DNA from: Tubiluchus corallicola
Taxonomy: Eukaryota; Animalia; Priapulida
Direction: 5' to 3'
Assembly (NCBI GenBank): GCA_030141605.1
Contig: JAQGDQ010000627.1
Location: forward strand, 1 to 64,000
DNA: 64,000 nt
Positions 12,701 through 25,500 of this stretch are shown here, in pieces. Position 1 is the first letter of the stretch; each line of letters starts with the position of its first letter. The notes under the pieces are model-generated. The model was not told the DNA's origin. It worked only from the letters and a program-made list of their open reading frames with translations, and searched no databases. The position numbers and the translations under genes are program-made.

Positions 12701-15700
12701 TATTTTGGCACGTGAATGATTACTGCTGACACATAAGTTTAGCATGTGAATGATTACTTCTGACACATAAGTTTAGCATGTGATTTTGGCACGTGAATGA
12801 TTACTGCTGACACATAAGTTTAGCATGTGATTTTGGCACGTGAATGATTACTGCTGACACATAAGTTTAGCATGTGATTTTGGCACATGAATGATTACTG
12901 CTGAAACATAAGTTTAGCATGTGATTTTGGCACGTGAATGATTACTGCTGACACATAAGTTTAGCATGTGATTTTGGCACGTGAATGATTACTGCTGAAA
13001 CATAAGTTTAGCATGTGATTTTAGCACGTAAATGATTACTGCTGAAACATAATTTTAGCTTGTGATTTTGGCACGTGAATGATTACTTCTGACACATAAT
13101 TTAAGCATGTGATTTTGGCACGTGGATGATTACTGTTGACACATAAGTTTAGCATGTGATTTTGGCACGTGAATGATTACTGCTGACACAAGTTTAGCAT
13201 GTGATTTTGGCACGTGAATGATTACTGCTGAAACATAAGTTTAGCATGTGATTTTGGCACGTGAATGATTACTGCTGACACATAAGTTTAGCATGTGATT
13301 TTGGCACGTGAATGATTACTGCTGAAACATAAGTTTAGCATGTGATTTTGGCACGTGAATGATTACTGCTGAAACATAAGTTTAGCATGTGATTTTGGCA
13401 CGTGAATGATTACTGCTGACACATAAGTTTAGCATGTGATTTTGGCACGTGAATGATTACTGCTGAAACATAAGTTTAGCATGTGATTTTAGCACATAAA
13501 TGATTACTGCTGAAACATAATTTTAGCTTGTGATTTTGGCACGTGAATGATTACTTCTGACACATAATTTAAGCATGTGATTTTAGCACGTGGATGATTA
13601 CTGCTGACACATAAGTTTAGCATGTGATTTTGGCACGTGAATGATTACTGCTGACACAAGTTTAGCATGTGATTTTGGCACGTGAATGATTACTGCTGAC
13701 ACATAAGTTTAGCATGTGATTTTGGCACGTGAATGATTACTGCTGAAACATAAGTTTAGCATGTGATTTTGGCACTTGAATGATTACTGCTGACACATAA
13801 GTTTAGCATGTGATTTTGGCACGTGAATGATTACTTCTGACACATAAGTTTAGCATGTGATTTTGGCACGTGAATGATTACTGCTGACACATAAGTTTAG
13901 CATGTGATTTTGGCACGTGAATGATTACTGCTGAAACATAAGTTTAGCATGTGATTTTGGCACGTGAATGATTACTTCTGACACATAAGTTTAGCATGTG
14001 ATTTTAGCACGTGGATGATTACTGCTGACACACAATTTTAGCATGTGATTTTAGCACGTGGATGATTATTGCTGACACATAAGTTTAGCATGTGATTTTG
14101 GCACGTGAATGATTACTGCTGACACATAAGTTTAGCATGTGATTTTGGCACGTGAGTGATTACTGCTGACACATAATTTTAGCATGTGATTTTAGCACAT
14201 AAATGATTACTGCTGAAACATGCTTCAGATTAGAAGAGTAGATGATGACTGATCACAACTATGACGAAAACCTGAGAAATACGTATAATTAGACAACCAA
14301 ATCCTACACACAAATAAAAAATAATCAATATTAAAACATTGCAGGTGGTTAATACATAACTTTTAGTAGCTGAAACATGCAAAAATTCAGTGGCATAGCA
14401 ATTATACAGCAGGATCCCACTGTACTGCAAGATCCCTTCCATTTTGGAGAGCCCTTTTTGTCTACAGGTGACAAAACAGAGCATTTACTATCTGGCGGTT
14501 GTATTATGATAACCAACTCAAAGGTGACTATGCCCTTAAACAACTGTCAGAGCTGTTCTGTTTTTTAAGCTCAGTGGCACAGCACCAGCTGGGGAGGTCG
14601 TGTCAAATGGTTGCTGTCCATAAGCATTTAAGTCTGTGCTGCTATCTCAGGTCTGTCTCACTCTGGTAGTAGTAATTATTGAAAGTTAAACCGTACATAT
14701 GCTGAAATAAATTGTCTAAACAGTTTAGATTAATTTGCCTCTTGACTGTAACTCTTGTGTGCATTAAACTGCTACCAAATTTATTGTTTAATGTTAATAC
14801 AATAATTGACTGTCATAACTAAACATAGTAAATAACAACTTCTTTGGCTTATTGATCTAACTTCTCTGACTGCCTGTAAACCACAAATTTGCAAATCTAG
14901 CAGCTTATTTGAGGCAAGAAAAGGGGCAATGAAAATTCTAAAATCAGTCAATACTTAAACCATCTTTGACGTATGCCCACGTATCTGTTGTCTAACTAGT
15001 TAACTTGCTAGGTATTCAGATCTGCTCAGTCAGGGTAAGCTACTAATCTGACTCGAGAAAGTATGTATAAGTTAGCAAAGTACTAGGTTCAAATCCCAAC
15101 TCAATTCACAATTTTTCTTTAACACAAATTAACCGTTAGTTTTATTAAAGCAATAATCTCAAACACGCTTCTGTGAGTAAATTTTTGGTTTGTGGAGAAT
15201 CAAATATATTGTTAACAATAATTAACTTTTATAAATCTGAAGTTTTTAGTTACAACCTAAGCTGATGGAACTTCAAAAACCCTTCTTGCTTCAGCTTAAA
15301 CAAGCAATAGAGAAAAGAAGCCAAAGTTAGACGATATTATTTCACTAATAAGAAAGCTAGGATGATGATGATTTTGGTAATGGTCGGTATGTTACAAGAA
15401 AGTTCTGCGACTGCACTTAACATAAACAACATTAACAACTTCTCAACATAAGCAAATCACATTGTCAAAGATTTATGTCAATTTATGCACAAAGTGTATA
15501 AAAAAGGCTCCTAAAAAAACTCTTAGCTGTATCAAAATATCATATAGAAAATTTAAGGAGCTTCCGTTGTTCTTGCATATATCTGTTCAGGTAGGCAGAG
15601 GGGGAGTGATTTGTGCTCTGCCATCTGGTTAGGATGGGAGGGGATCTCACAGTTGCTGGGGGCCCCACTTAATTTACACCGCTACTAAAAATATTGTATT

Positions 15701-17831
15701 TGATGTATGTAACTCGAATTGAGAGTTACCACATTTGACTGTACTTACTGACCTAACACCAGTTCCTATTAATTTTGTACTAGGCTAATTTAACAAGTTT
15801 TTACAGATTCATACCATTCAAAAGTAGAACATAAATATAACAGAGTCGTTTCACAAGGTTTCTTTATATTAAGTGTAACAGAAGTTACTGCTTAATCATT
15901 TAATATAGTATTTTTATATTTTGTAAATTAAAATGCTTGCCAGTACTGGTTTAGTTATTGACTTAGTAGGCATTAGTTGGTTTTATGCTTTTAATTATTC
16001 CTGTTGTGTTTACTAACACTTGACCGTGGACTGCACAAACAACTTTGATGTATAATGGCGTACGATGTGCTCTAATGGCGACATTAATTTTTAATCACTT
16101 GGCATGCATACAAGTTTTAGCTTAAAATTTGTACACCAAATTTCTCTTCAATTACGAATGTATGCACTCTAAATGCGCCCTATTGAACTCCAAGGTTAAT
16201 TAGTGTGTTAATGCTAGTAACAGATCATTAATATTTCATCATCAGTGCATACAGAAGTCTTCATCTAGAATTCTAGATTAAGGAAAAGCAAATGAAATTC
16301 AGCAGCTGAGTAATGTCTGTTGAGTTAACATATTGTGAGCAGCTGCTAATAAATTATAAATGGCTGGGAGGGTTTCATAATGTGTGTCATAAGCAGTTTT
16401 GAAATGAATGTAAAACTTGTTTGCAAGCAGAAGTGCAAACTTTTTTATTTGTTGCAAATTTGTCCATTCATTTGATAGCCTCTCCCAATAATAATTACTT
16501 CAAAGGGTAGAAAAGGCTATTTTAAAGTATGTCTTAAAAACGTCCCACGCAAAGTTATATTACTTTGCATCACACTTACCTGTTTGAAAGACTTGCATAA
16601 TTAGAAAAGAAAGTTCTCAAATTATTTTAAATATTCGCGCCACCTAGTAAAAGGGCATTGCATTGCTATCCCACTGTGCACCACTCACTCACTAAAAAAC
16701 ACATTGTTGGTGTTACGTTATTGGCAATGTTAGTTAGCAAAGAGTGTGCTACGAATGCTCTTATTACTTTTTCAAACTTTACGCAATGTTATCTACATGT
16801 ATTCCAAATCACTTATTCTGAAAATGGCCGCCTCTAACTGTCTTCGTAGAAGTTTAACTTTACAAGTTTTATGAAGCTGTACTGCTAAAGCAAGCTCTGT
16901 GCACAATAAGAATGGGTATAAGTTATATAAAATTTCAAGACAAATAGTGTTTTCTTGTGCTCTAAAACTAAAGGTGAAAATTTTGACATTTATTTATTAA
17001 TTATTTTACACTGCAAGGTGTTTTCTATTGACCTGATGTCTGATTTAGGAAAACAGCTGTGGAAATATTAAAATACTGGGAAAATCCAAATACAAAGGAT
17101 GGCATTAGAAATTACTTTTGAGTGATTTGAAAAAAATCCCTTTTTAATTTAGCATTAAATTTGATGGATATGTTGGATTTTCATGTTGACGTTATGTACA
17201 AATAAGGTAAATAATAAAAATGTGTCCGGATTATAAAAAGTAGCCATGTAAAATTAAAACCAAATTATAAATATTTTGAGTAGTATTTGACTTAACTACC
17301 GTTTCTCTGAGACTCGTTATTAACACCGTTGATACCAGATATGGTTAGCTGTGAAATATAGCTATTTGCTTGAGGCGCACCGAAATAAAATACTGGAAAT
17401 GGGTAAAAATAAAAAAAGTTAGGAGTGCCCAAAGAACAAATTTTTAAATGAATGGTCAATGTGTGTAAATAAGTAAATTTGCATATGTGGAGTAAACTTG
17501 ACTTCTACTGCCATTCGTTAACACTTGTCATGAAGCGGTAATAAGCAATATATTTTTGATTAATTAATAGTCTGTATGTTTTTTATAGTATTAAGTACCA
17601 AGACTGAAGTGGTGTAACTTGATGTTTATAATTCTTAATAAGTCGATGCTGTCGTATGTTCTAGATTATTATGAATGTGTAATAGTTGTCGAAAAGAATT
17701 AAATAAAAAGTCTTATTTTATGATTCAGGTCTGAGAGCTGGCGAGTTTGGATAGTGTTGACGTACCTGCGAATACTAACGTATTTAGGACGTGCACCTGA
17801 TCTTAGTAAATTAACAACGCAGATGTTATAA
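798..17831 (+). CDS. ADCK5: aarF domain-containing kinase 5 (ABC1/UbiB atypical kinase), 5'-partial, spliced
   Basis: GT-AG exons joined in frame: 798-861, 1128-1328, 2432-2572, 3894-4007, 4855-4986, 5259-5342, 6124-6205, 7045-7215, 8765-8942 (or alternative 7927-8122), 9610-9684, 11126-11218, 17729-17831 (TAA). The translation has the UbiB motifs [44 protein letters not shown] and LLDHGLY, plus ADCK5-type segments [19 protein letters not shown] and RNINTVRAI...PVDRY. Confidence 0.93.
3024..3690 (+). mobile_element. MITE family 1, copy B, ~40-bp terminal inverted repeats
   Basis: Left ATATGTGTGCTTGCAAACCAAAACCGTCCATAAGTCGGCA, right TGCCGACTTGTGGACGATTTTGTTATGCAAGCACACATAT; no transposase ORF. 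Confidence 0.85.
5560..6053 (+). repeat. Interspersed repeat family 2, copy 1
   Basis: Diverged direct match to 16502-16966 (e.g. CAAAGTTATATTACTT..GCAT...CTTACCTGTTTGAA.ACTTGCATAATTAGAAAAGA). Confidence 0.75.
7927..8122 (+). CDS. ADCK5: ADCK5 alternative (duplicated) exon '9A', candidate mutually exclusive exon
   Basis: tttcag acceptor, AG|gtattc donor, 196 nt (phase 1 in, phase 2 out), open frame [16 protein letters not shown]...[16 protein letters not shown], homologous to exon 8765-8942. Confidence 0.75.
8765..8942 (+). CDS. ADCK5: ADCK5 canonical exon '9B'
   Basis: ctgaccattttcag acceptor, AG|gtagcc donor, 178 nt (phase 1 in, phase 2 out), [14 protein letters not shown]...[14 protein letters not shown], matching the vertebrate ADCK5 DYLLFAEMLMQRP...LPRPMLLVLR segment as I recall it. 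Confidence 0.9.
9912..10126. repeat. Long inverted repeat (fold-back element), 90-bp arms
   Basis: 9912-10001 is the reverse complement of 10037-10126 with 6 mismatches; 35-nt AAT-rich loop. Confidence 0.9.
11225..14220 (+). repeat. 47-bp tandem satellite, ~64 units, in the last ADCK5 intron
   Basis: Unit GACACATAAGTTTAGCATGTGATTTTGGCACGTGAATGATTACTGCT; period 47 (e.g. GTGAATG at 11401 and 11448). Confidence 0.97.
16502..16966 (+). repeat. Interspersed repeat family 2, copy 2
   Basis: Diverged direct match to 5560-6053. Confidence 0.75.
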
Positions 17832-17977
17832 CATAGGAAACATTTAGGAAATTCTTATATTGTGAGTTGTTAATATCATAATTCTTTATAAAATCATTAT
17901 AGGCTTTGTTAAACATAGTGATTTTTGTTTCTTTTTTTTTTGTTAGTCATTAGTTAGAAAAAAAACATTATTTCTAG

Positions 17978-18049
17978 TAATAATTATAATAACAATAATA
18001 ATAATAACAGCAACAATAACCACCATCACAACAGCAACAACAATAACAA

Positions 18050-18080
<31 letters not shown>

Positions 18081-18090
18081 AGCAACATCA
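17978..18090 (+). repeat. (AAT)n/(CAA/CAG)n microsatellite in the ADCK5 3'UTR region
   Basis: Direct inspection; lies downstream of the stop codon at 17831. Confidence 0.85.
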
Positions 18091-20299
18091 GGAGTTTATT
18101 AGCCTCAGATATCAAGCACTGTATAGGTTTGATAAGGGAAAGTAACTCTGAAAGATATTCTGGACCAGCACCATTCAAATGCTTATAGGTTAAAAGGAAA
18201 ATTTTGAACTTTCAACATTCAAAATTATACATATTTTTTGTGCTCTTGTTCGTGTTACAAATTAAATTATTGCAGAAAAATGTTTCAGAAAAACTAAAAC
18301 AAATGTCTTATTTAATTGAATGTTCATTTAATTTTGTTTAGAAACCATTTCCTGTTCGTTTTATACAAGGTGCACCCGATAAAGCTAATCCTGTTTATTG
18401 CTAGTCACGTTCCATTTCAGTATAAATTTGCACAAAATTTAATTAAGGAGTGCAAAAATCTGGGATTGTGGTGCACATAATACACTATTGGTCAGTGTTG
18501 TTAAAAATGTACAAAATTTGACAAACAGTTACATGAATACTTATATTCTATTATTAAATAAGTTATTAGACTTAGTTTTATTACTAATTTTACAGGTGAC
18601 AGCAAGTTAATAACAATTGAGTTAACAGCAACTTAAAATTTACAAAATTACAGAAGTACTGCTCAGCAATAAAGGACGAATACCATTTTTAAAGTCTGTA
18701 CATTGATTAACTAGTGTAACAGGACAAAGTTGAATGATAAAGCTTCCTCTGTGCAAGGCTAAGATTATTTCAACTAACTGACTCAGGCTTAGATTAGGCT
18801 TCATTTTTTGGTATTTGTTTTCTTCTAACTACATGTATGTGGCTCTTAAAAACTTTAACATGTATGTGGCATTTCAATAAATATCGTATTTCGTATGCAT
18901 GAAAGAATGGTACACTAAATTAAAGATTTAAGTACAAATTAGATTTTTTTGGCATTCTTGTATATTTACCATTATTATGTACTGAGCTTACTTACTGTGA
19001 CAGTGTAAGTTTATTGCTAAATCTTATCATTTGTGATAAGAGAATATTTGTTTAACTACCAGAAATCACACTCCTATAGCTAGTGTTACTTTTAGATTTG
19101 TTTTGAAGTTAGAAATTAGAAGCTTTTAGCCCTTAGTGTGATTTGTTATTGTGATATACTTTTAAGCATTTAGTGTTAAAGTTTTTATAATATAATTTTT
19201 ACTGTGTTTATCACTATGACCATGTTTAATATTATTATTGTAGTGTTGGCTATTTGCATTTTTATAAGCTTGTTTTTTCTAGTTAAATAAATTGAACAGA
19301 GCTTGCAGTATTTTACTGTAATTTGTTTTTTTAAGTTTTGTGTTCCACTTACAGGTTCAGTCAGCTATTAAGTGTGATTGCTTACTTGCTTTGTTTATGT
19401 TCCATACATGTATGTCTTATGGTTTGCGTTGTTGACTAGCCTACCCAAATTTAGTTTGCAATTGTGCCTGAAATTGATAAACAATTTACATTTCGTTAAA
19501 TGTTTCTTGGTCAACAGACATAACATTAACTTTGTGCTTATTGTTTTCAAACATTTAGAACAATAAAAGTTGGTTCATTTTATTTTCTTTTTTGCACAAA
19601 TGGAATTACTTTAGTATTGTATTTAATGGACGATTGCTAATTTTACTTGTTAAGTTATCTTGGGTCATATAAAATTATAAATGCACTATCTACCTATGAC
19701 ACAGAAAGCATCTTCGACAGAAATTGTGGTGGCTTGAAAAGTGGTAGTGGTTGAACCAACTCGAAGTTGTTTATAAAATTATTTAAGGCTATAATTATTA
19801 ATATTTATAGGTATTCACATTATGCAAATTTGTTTAATATTTGCCTCTGGTTGCTGATTTAGAAAATTGGATTGAAAATTGTGTGACAGCCACAAATAAG
19901 TTTTTGCAAATTTTATTTCTTTTTTAAATTGTTGAACTGTAATAATTTTTCAGATAGACGATAATAATAATTATTGTTACTACTGTGAAAAAATTGAACA
20001 AATTTAATGTTAATGTTTAACTGCATGTTACATTTTCGATAATTTTTAGGTTTTGCTGATAGACATTTTCCACATGGGCCTATTATAACTATGTAAATGT
20101 AACAGATTTTACCACGGACCAAGGTTTTACATAATTATAGAGACTTTACAAACAAATTTTTCCGTTTTTATTTTGTTTGAACATCATGTATATTTTTCTT
20201 AATTAGTTTATGCTTAAAGTTTATCGAAACCTTTAAGAAAATTGATTGTATAAATTCACAAGTCAGGTTTATAGTTTGCCTAGCGCACAAGTTTAAACG

Positions 20300-20500
20300 C
20301 CGCGCGTGCGCACTTAAAGCTATGTGCTACAAGCATAGCTAAACTCTCTCTACACAGCGTCTTGGTCACTATGGAAACAAAGAACAGTACTGCCGACTGA
20401 CAAAATCAATTATGCTGCGTTTATATCAATGTTTATTCCATCGTATTTGTAACCATGGCAACAGCTTGCTTCGTTCCTCTGATTGGCGCATGCGAGTGAT
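20300..20500 (+). promoter_or_regulatory. Putative TPPP promoter: two RFX X-boxes, reverse CCAAT box, NRF1-like sites
   Basis: GTCACTATGGAAAC 20365-20378 and GTAACCATGGCAAC 20449-20462 fit the X-box consensus GTHNYY-AT-RRNAAC; ATTGG at 20482; GCGCGTGCGC at 20302 and GCGCATGCG at 20486; local CpG enrichment in otherwise CpG-poor DNA. Confidence 0.7.
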
Positions 20501-20519
20501 TCGTCAAGTAATTATCCCT

Positions 20520-20600
20520 TTCTACCAGCCTGAGGCAGAGGCGTGAACGAATTTTCCCGATTTCCTGCTCATTACAATCCAGTTTCCAGCGGTTTGTAAG
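20520..20600 (+). other. TPPP: Putative non-coding first exon of TPPP (5' boundary approximate)
   Basis: Consensus donor AAG|GTGAGT at 20600/20601 directly downstream of the promoter motifs; acceptors ttcttcag (22558) and tttcag (22564) lie upstream of the ATG at 22589. Confidence 0.6.
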
Positions 20601-21144
20601 GTGAGTGATTTATTTTGCAGTGAATATTTTATATAACTACTTTGGCAATAAATATTTTACGTTTGAAAATCGGTTAACTGGGGAATTGTCACGTCCTAAA
20701 TTTGGTTATGTGTATGCGTACGTTTACGCACTTTAATAGTAGTTGTCTTCTTAGAACTGTTGATCAATAGACCGCCAGCAATAGTGTTCTAACCTGGAGT
20801 TTGCGCATTTATTTGTTTGTACGACTTGTCTTAGAAAATCGTTTTCATAACTGATGTTTAAGGGTGTGAAAGTTTGCAGTTGCTCTTGCTTGTGTTCGTC
20901 GAAGCTGTGCACAAATCGTTGACACAGCAATTCAATTCAATTTTAATTTATTTATCTCTTCATAATACTACATAAACATGATTAATAAAAGAATCGCTAG
21001 TCAGTTTTGAAGAATGGTTAAAATGAATAGAGAAAGGATAGCGAAAAAACTATGAAGTCACCTAGTCTGCTATCCTTAAAGCAACAGTTGGTTGCATTGG
21101 CTTCGGCAGTACGTTATTAAAGAAATGAATTTTTGTGCTGTGAG

Positions 21145-21559
21145 CACGGCTGGATTACCCTATAAGCTACCATAGGCTACAGCTTAGGCTCCTCAAACTT
21201 TGGCGGCATACTTTGCTTTGCTGAATAGTTCACATAACCTGAAATAATATTTAAACTTTATAAAGAAAGCCACAAAGTCTGAAAATCCAATTTTAAAGCA
21301 GCTTCTCATTTCAGATACAGGATCCCTGTTTGAGGCCATTTAACTGAGACAAAGGGCACTTGTTTGAGATAAAGGCCCCATTTTAAAGCCCATTATTTGA
21401 AATATGGGGCCCCTAGCTATGCAAATGTTATTGAAATATATTTGAAATCACAAGTAAAAATGTTCGAAGTGAGTGTGAGCAAATTAAAAGGTGGTTGCGC
21501 GTCAGGGGCACCATAATTTCATTAGCCTAGGGGCCCCAAAGGGTCATAATCCGACCCCA
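21145..21559. mobile_element. hAT-type non-autonomous element with perfect 8-bp TSD
   Basis: TSD GCTGTGAG at 21137-21144 and 21560-21567; imperfect TIRs CACGGCTGGATTA / TAATCCGACCCCA; internal GGGGCCCC motifs. Confidence 0.75.
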
Positions 21560-22588
21560 GCTGTGAGACCTGTAATTTTTCCAAATGTCAATGAATGAGC
21601 AAACAGTTTTGAGAGTTGACTATGCACCTGAACTCAAACACCTCTTTATACCAGTATTAGGATTCGCGTACCTCGAAATTGCCAAATGTTTACAATGAGA
21701 GTGGGAGGGGCGGGACGAGAGAGAAATATGTAGGAATATGTACGAACGAGCAGTACTGTAAAAGTTAAGATGAGCTAGCCGCTCACTGGGTTTTGTTATT
21801 GGTCATAATATTTATTTTTCTTTGCACTGAGCCTATTCATTTTAACAGCCTCAACTGCTCCTTTATGATGTGGATATACAAGAACCTGATAAAAGTATTA
21901 GAATAGCCACTGTTAATCACCTGAATTGGATACATGCTATTTTAATAAAAACAATATTTTTTGCACTATCGCAGATACCTTTTTCATTAGAGCCACCAAA
22001 TGACTATTGTGGGCATAGATAATGCAAACCACACCGATCGGGCCTTGGAAGTGTATTTTAATAATGAAGTGCACCAGTGGTTGATTGAAATTACTTCATT
22101 AATTAAGTCAATCTAATGTCAATTGGCTTACGTAGTTCGAACTTAAGTGATTTACAACATTTTGAATAATAAATGTTTACTTTTGCTTTCCTTTACCGAC
22201 TTTAAAAATCCGCGAATACGGTAGTTGAATTTATTTGCAGTCAAACTTGCTAGATGTCTTTTAGAGCATCTCAAGAAACTGAGTAGCTTTTCAACTTGTG
22301 CCTGCTTCTTTATTTTTTCTTGTGGTTAATTTAAATCAGTTTGTTACAATGACCAAAGTTGTTTATGTCAGAAGACGGGGAAAAATTGTATGCTGTGATG
22401 CGAAAGTTTATTTTTATTCTTTTTTTAACTTGTTAATTTTCTTTCTGCCTACAATGAGAGGAACTCATATTTTCATCATCATTGTTGCATTTGAAGTTAC
22501 ATTGTTTTGAGATGTTAATTTTTCTAATTGGGGTTGCTGAAAACTGCTATTTCTTCAGTTTCAGCGGTTTAAATTTTCATTAGTCGAC

Positions 22589-25500
22589 ATGGCTGCTGCT
22601 GGAAATGGTCTCCATGGAAATTTCGAGGCTTTTGCCAAATTTGGTGACACAAAATCTACTGGGCAGCAAATAAACACGAAAAATTTCTCCAAGTGGCTGA
22701 AAGAAGCAAAAGTGATTGATGGGAAAAAAGTTCAGTCGACAGATGTTGACATCGCCTTCTCAAAAGTCCTCGGCAAAAAGGCAAAGTAAGTTGCATCATC
22801 TTTAAAAAAGAAACGGTTGCGGTTTTTATCATTTTTCTCCTGTATTGATGTTGTTAATGTTGTTAAATTTTTTTTGTCTCCAATTTATCAATCCCCAAAA
22901 AAATTATATCTATGATAGTGCAAAATTAACACATTACTTATAAGGCTAGTTATTTAATTTTTTAGTGTTAGTGATGATGTTGACAATAACGATGGTGATT
23001 GGTGATGGTGATGATGAAAAAATGTTAACTATGATAATGCAAAATTAATTATAAGGGTATTTAATTTCTAATTTTAATATGGGTGATGATGTTGACAATG
23101 GTGACGATGATGATGACGATGATGATGATGATGAATGATGATGATGATGGAAGGTGATAACTATGATAGTGCAAAATTAACAGATAATTTATAAGGGTAG
23201 CTATTTAATATTTTAATATTGGTGATGATGTTTACAATGATGATCGTGATGATGATGGTGTGATGATGATGATGACGGTGATGACAACGTTGGTGATGTA
23301 AACTGGAGTGCCATTACAATCATGTTGGACATTTTGTGACCTAAAGTCACATATTTAGACACTCCAGAATTAATTCGTCAATAATCATGAGTTTCATTTT
23401 AGGTTATTTTACTTTTATTTTCTGCACCTGCAGTTGGACAATATAATTTCTGTATTATATAATTTACTTGAACAGTACATGTTACATTGTGTTTGTCCAG
23501 TTGTATTTGCCAAGGGATGTATGTTAACTAGAGCTGGCATAGAGAACCTGTATGATTCCAGAGTTCAGGATTAAATTCATCTAGGTAGCCTATACAGCCA
23601 AACCTTGGTATAATGCCCCCTCTTATAATGCCAGTCTCACTTAATGCCCAAATTTTGCAACAATACCTATATTTGCATAGAAATATATGTATTAATAGAC
23701 CTTGTTATATAGCACCAAACTCACTTAACACCAACTTTTTTATAGTCCCAAAGTGGTTGGTATGAAGAGGTTTGACTATACATTAAAAATATTAGTATTT
23801 TTAAGTTAAAATAGTTCTTAGACAAACTATAACAGAAGCTTTATATTCTTATAATGTTTCTTTCCTTTTTTGTACTAATTTTTCAGTTGTGTAATTCTTG
23901 TTAATGCAAGACTAGTGCCAGTCGGCAAATAATTTGAAAATTATGTTAACAGGATTTTATAGTTTCACCAAACATTAAAAATAAGATGAAAAACTTCATT
24001 TTTTCATATGATGATGCTGACAGGGGCTCTAAGATGCTTGATTTTAGCGATTTGGAGGCAGCTTTAGATGAAATTGCAGCCCATGTTGCTAAAACTGAGG
24101 CTAAAAAGTCTGGAAAAGCTGAGGACGAAGTGCGCAGAGAGATGGTGGATGGTATGAAGAAGAAGCTGTCAAGTTGCACTCAGCCTGGAACTGCAGGAGC
24201 CACGGTAAGCATAAAACTAATATTCTAAAGCTACTTTCACACACATACACATAAGGCTGCAGGTATTCCACTGTACATGTATATAAATTGTTTCTTTAAA
24301 AAGTTTATTTGTGTGCTTGCAAACCAGAACTGCCCATAAGTCGGTATAGTTAAAACTATGCTATGAAGAATGCACAATGCAGATCTATGTAGAATACACC
24401 AAAAACTGTGTCAAATGTCAATTTTTTGTTTTTTATAAAAAACAAAGTCTAAATATATTGGACTTTTAATTCTAGCATCAAATTATCAGGAATATGTTAA
24501 AAAAAAATTGTAACCTCTTGCCCGCTTCCTCTTTGTCTAAAAACTAGTACTGCAATTGTGGAAAACTCTGTATTTTCAAACTCCAATAGTAGCTCGTGAT
24601 AGCAGTCATTTTGTTTGCAGTTTTTTTATGTTGCGAAGCCCAGATCTTCATCTGAACTAGCCATCTACTGGATCTAAACGTAGCTTCAATGTGTCCTTGC
24701 AAAGTCCATAGCAACCACACTTTCGTGCAGTTGCTAAGCATTTTTGTAGAGACACAATAAAAACAATGGCAAACTTTAAAAGCAATTTTTTCAAAATTAT
24801 GTTTCAGTGCGCAATATGCACCTTTACTTCAACATAGATTATCTCAGCTTAGAAATAACATAGAGCGATAAGACTGGCATCGAAAATGATCCACATGAAA
24901 TGAAGATTTAGGATATGTGAATAACTAGAAAAGCTTAACTGTGGACTTATGGATGTTTTTGCTATGCAAAGCACATATGTAGACAATATAATCAATGTCA
25001 CAAGGTCTTTCATAAACATAATTACTTAGCCCTGTGTAAATGTGTGTATTAAATTTTTGTATATTAACAAAATTTTTTATGCAATGTTTATCATATTAAC
25101 GAAACTATTGAATACTTTTGCCTGTGAATTTGCAGTATTTTCACTGTTGCCTTAACTCTGGAGAACTTTTTAATTAGATATACTGACGAATTATATAAAC
25201 ACAGTTATGATATACTAAGGATCTGGTACTTTGTAGTGCTACTAATGGTTTTAAAATTTCCATCCTGTGATGAAGATAGCACAATTTTAATGACTTACGC
25301 ATTACAAGTTTATCTACACAAGTGTAGAACTGACTTAGAGTTGTCGGCCTACTGATTTATACAGTCATGTGTGCCAACAATTAGTTAATTAGTCTGAATC
25401 AAAATGTTCAATTGAACATCCATTTGATTTAAAAGTTTAGTCTTGCCATAGCATGTGACAAAAAATGCAATATAGCTACACATCCTTTGATAAATGCTGC

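Noticed and set aside
11225-14220. CRISPR-like array
   Set aside because: Units are contiguous near-identical monomers with no unique spacers, there are no cas genes, and it lies in a eukaryotic intron; the same applies to 38405-39082
17978-18090. Poly-Q/poly-N coding tract
   Set aside because: Lies after the ADCK5 stop codon with no splice or ORF context; a simple microsatellite
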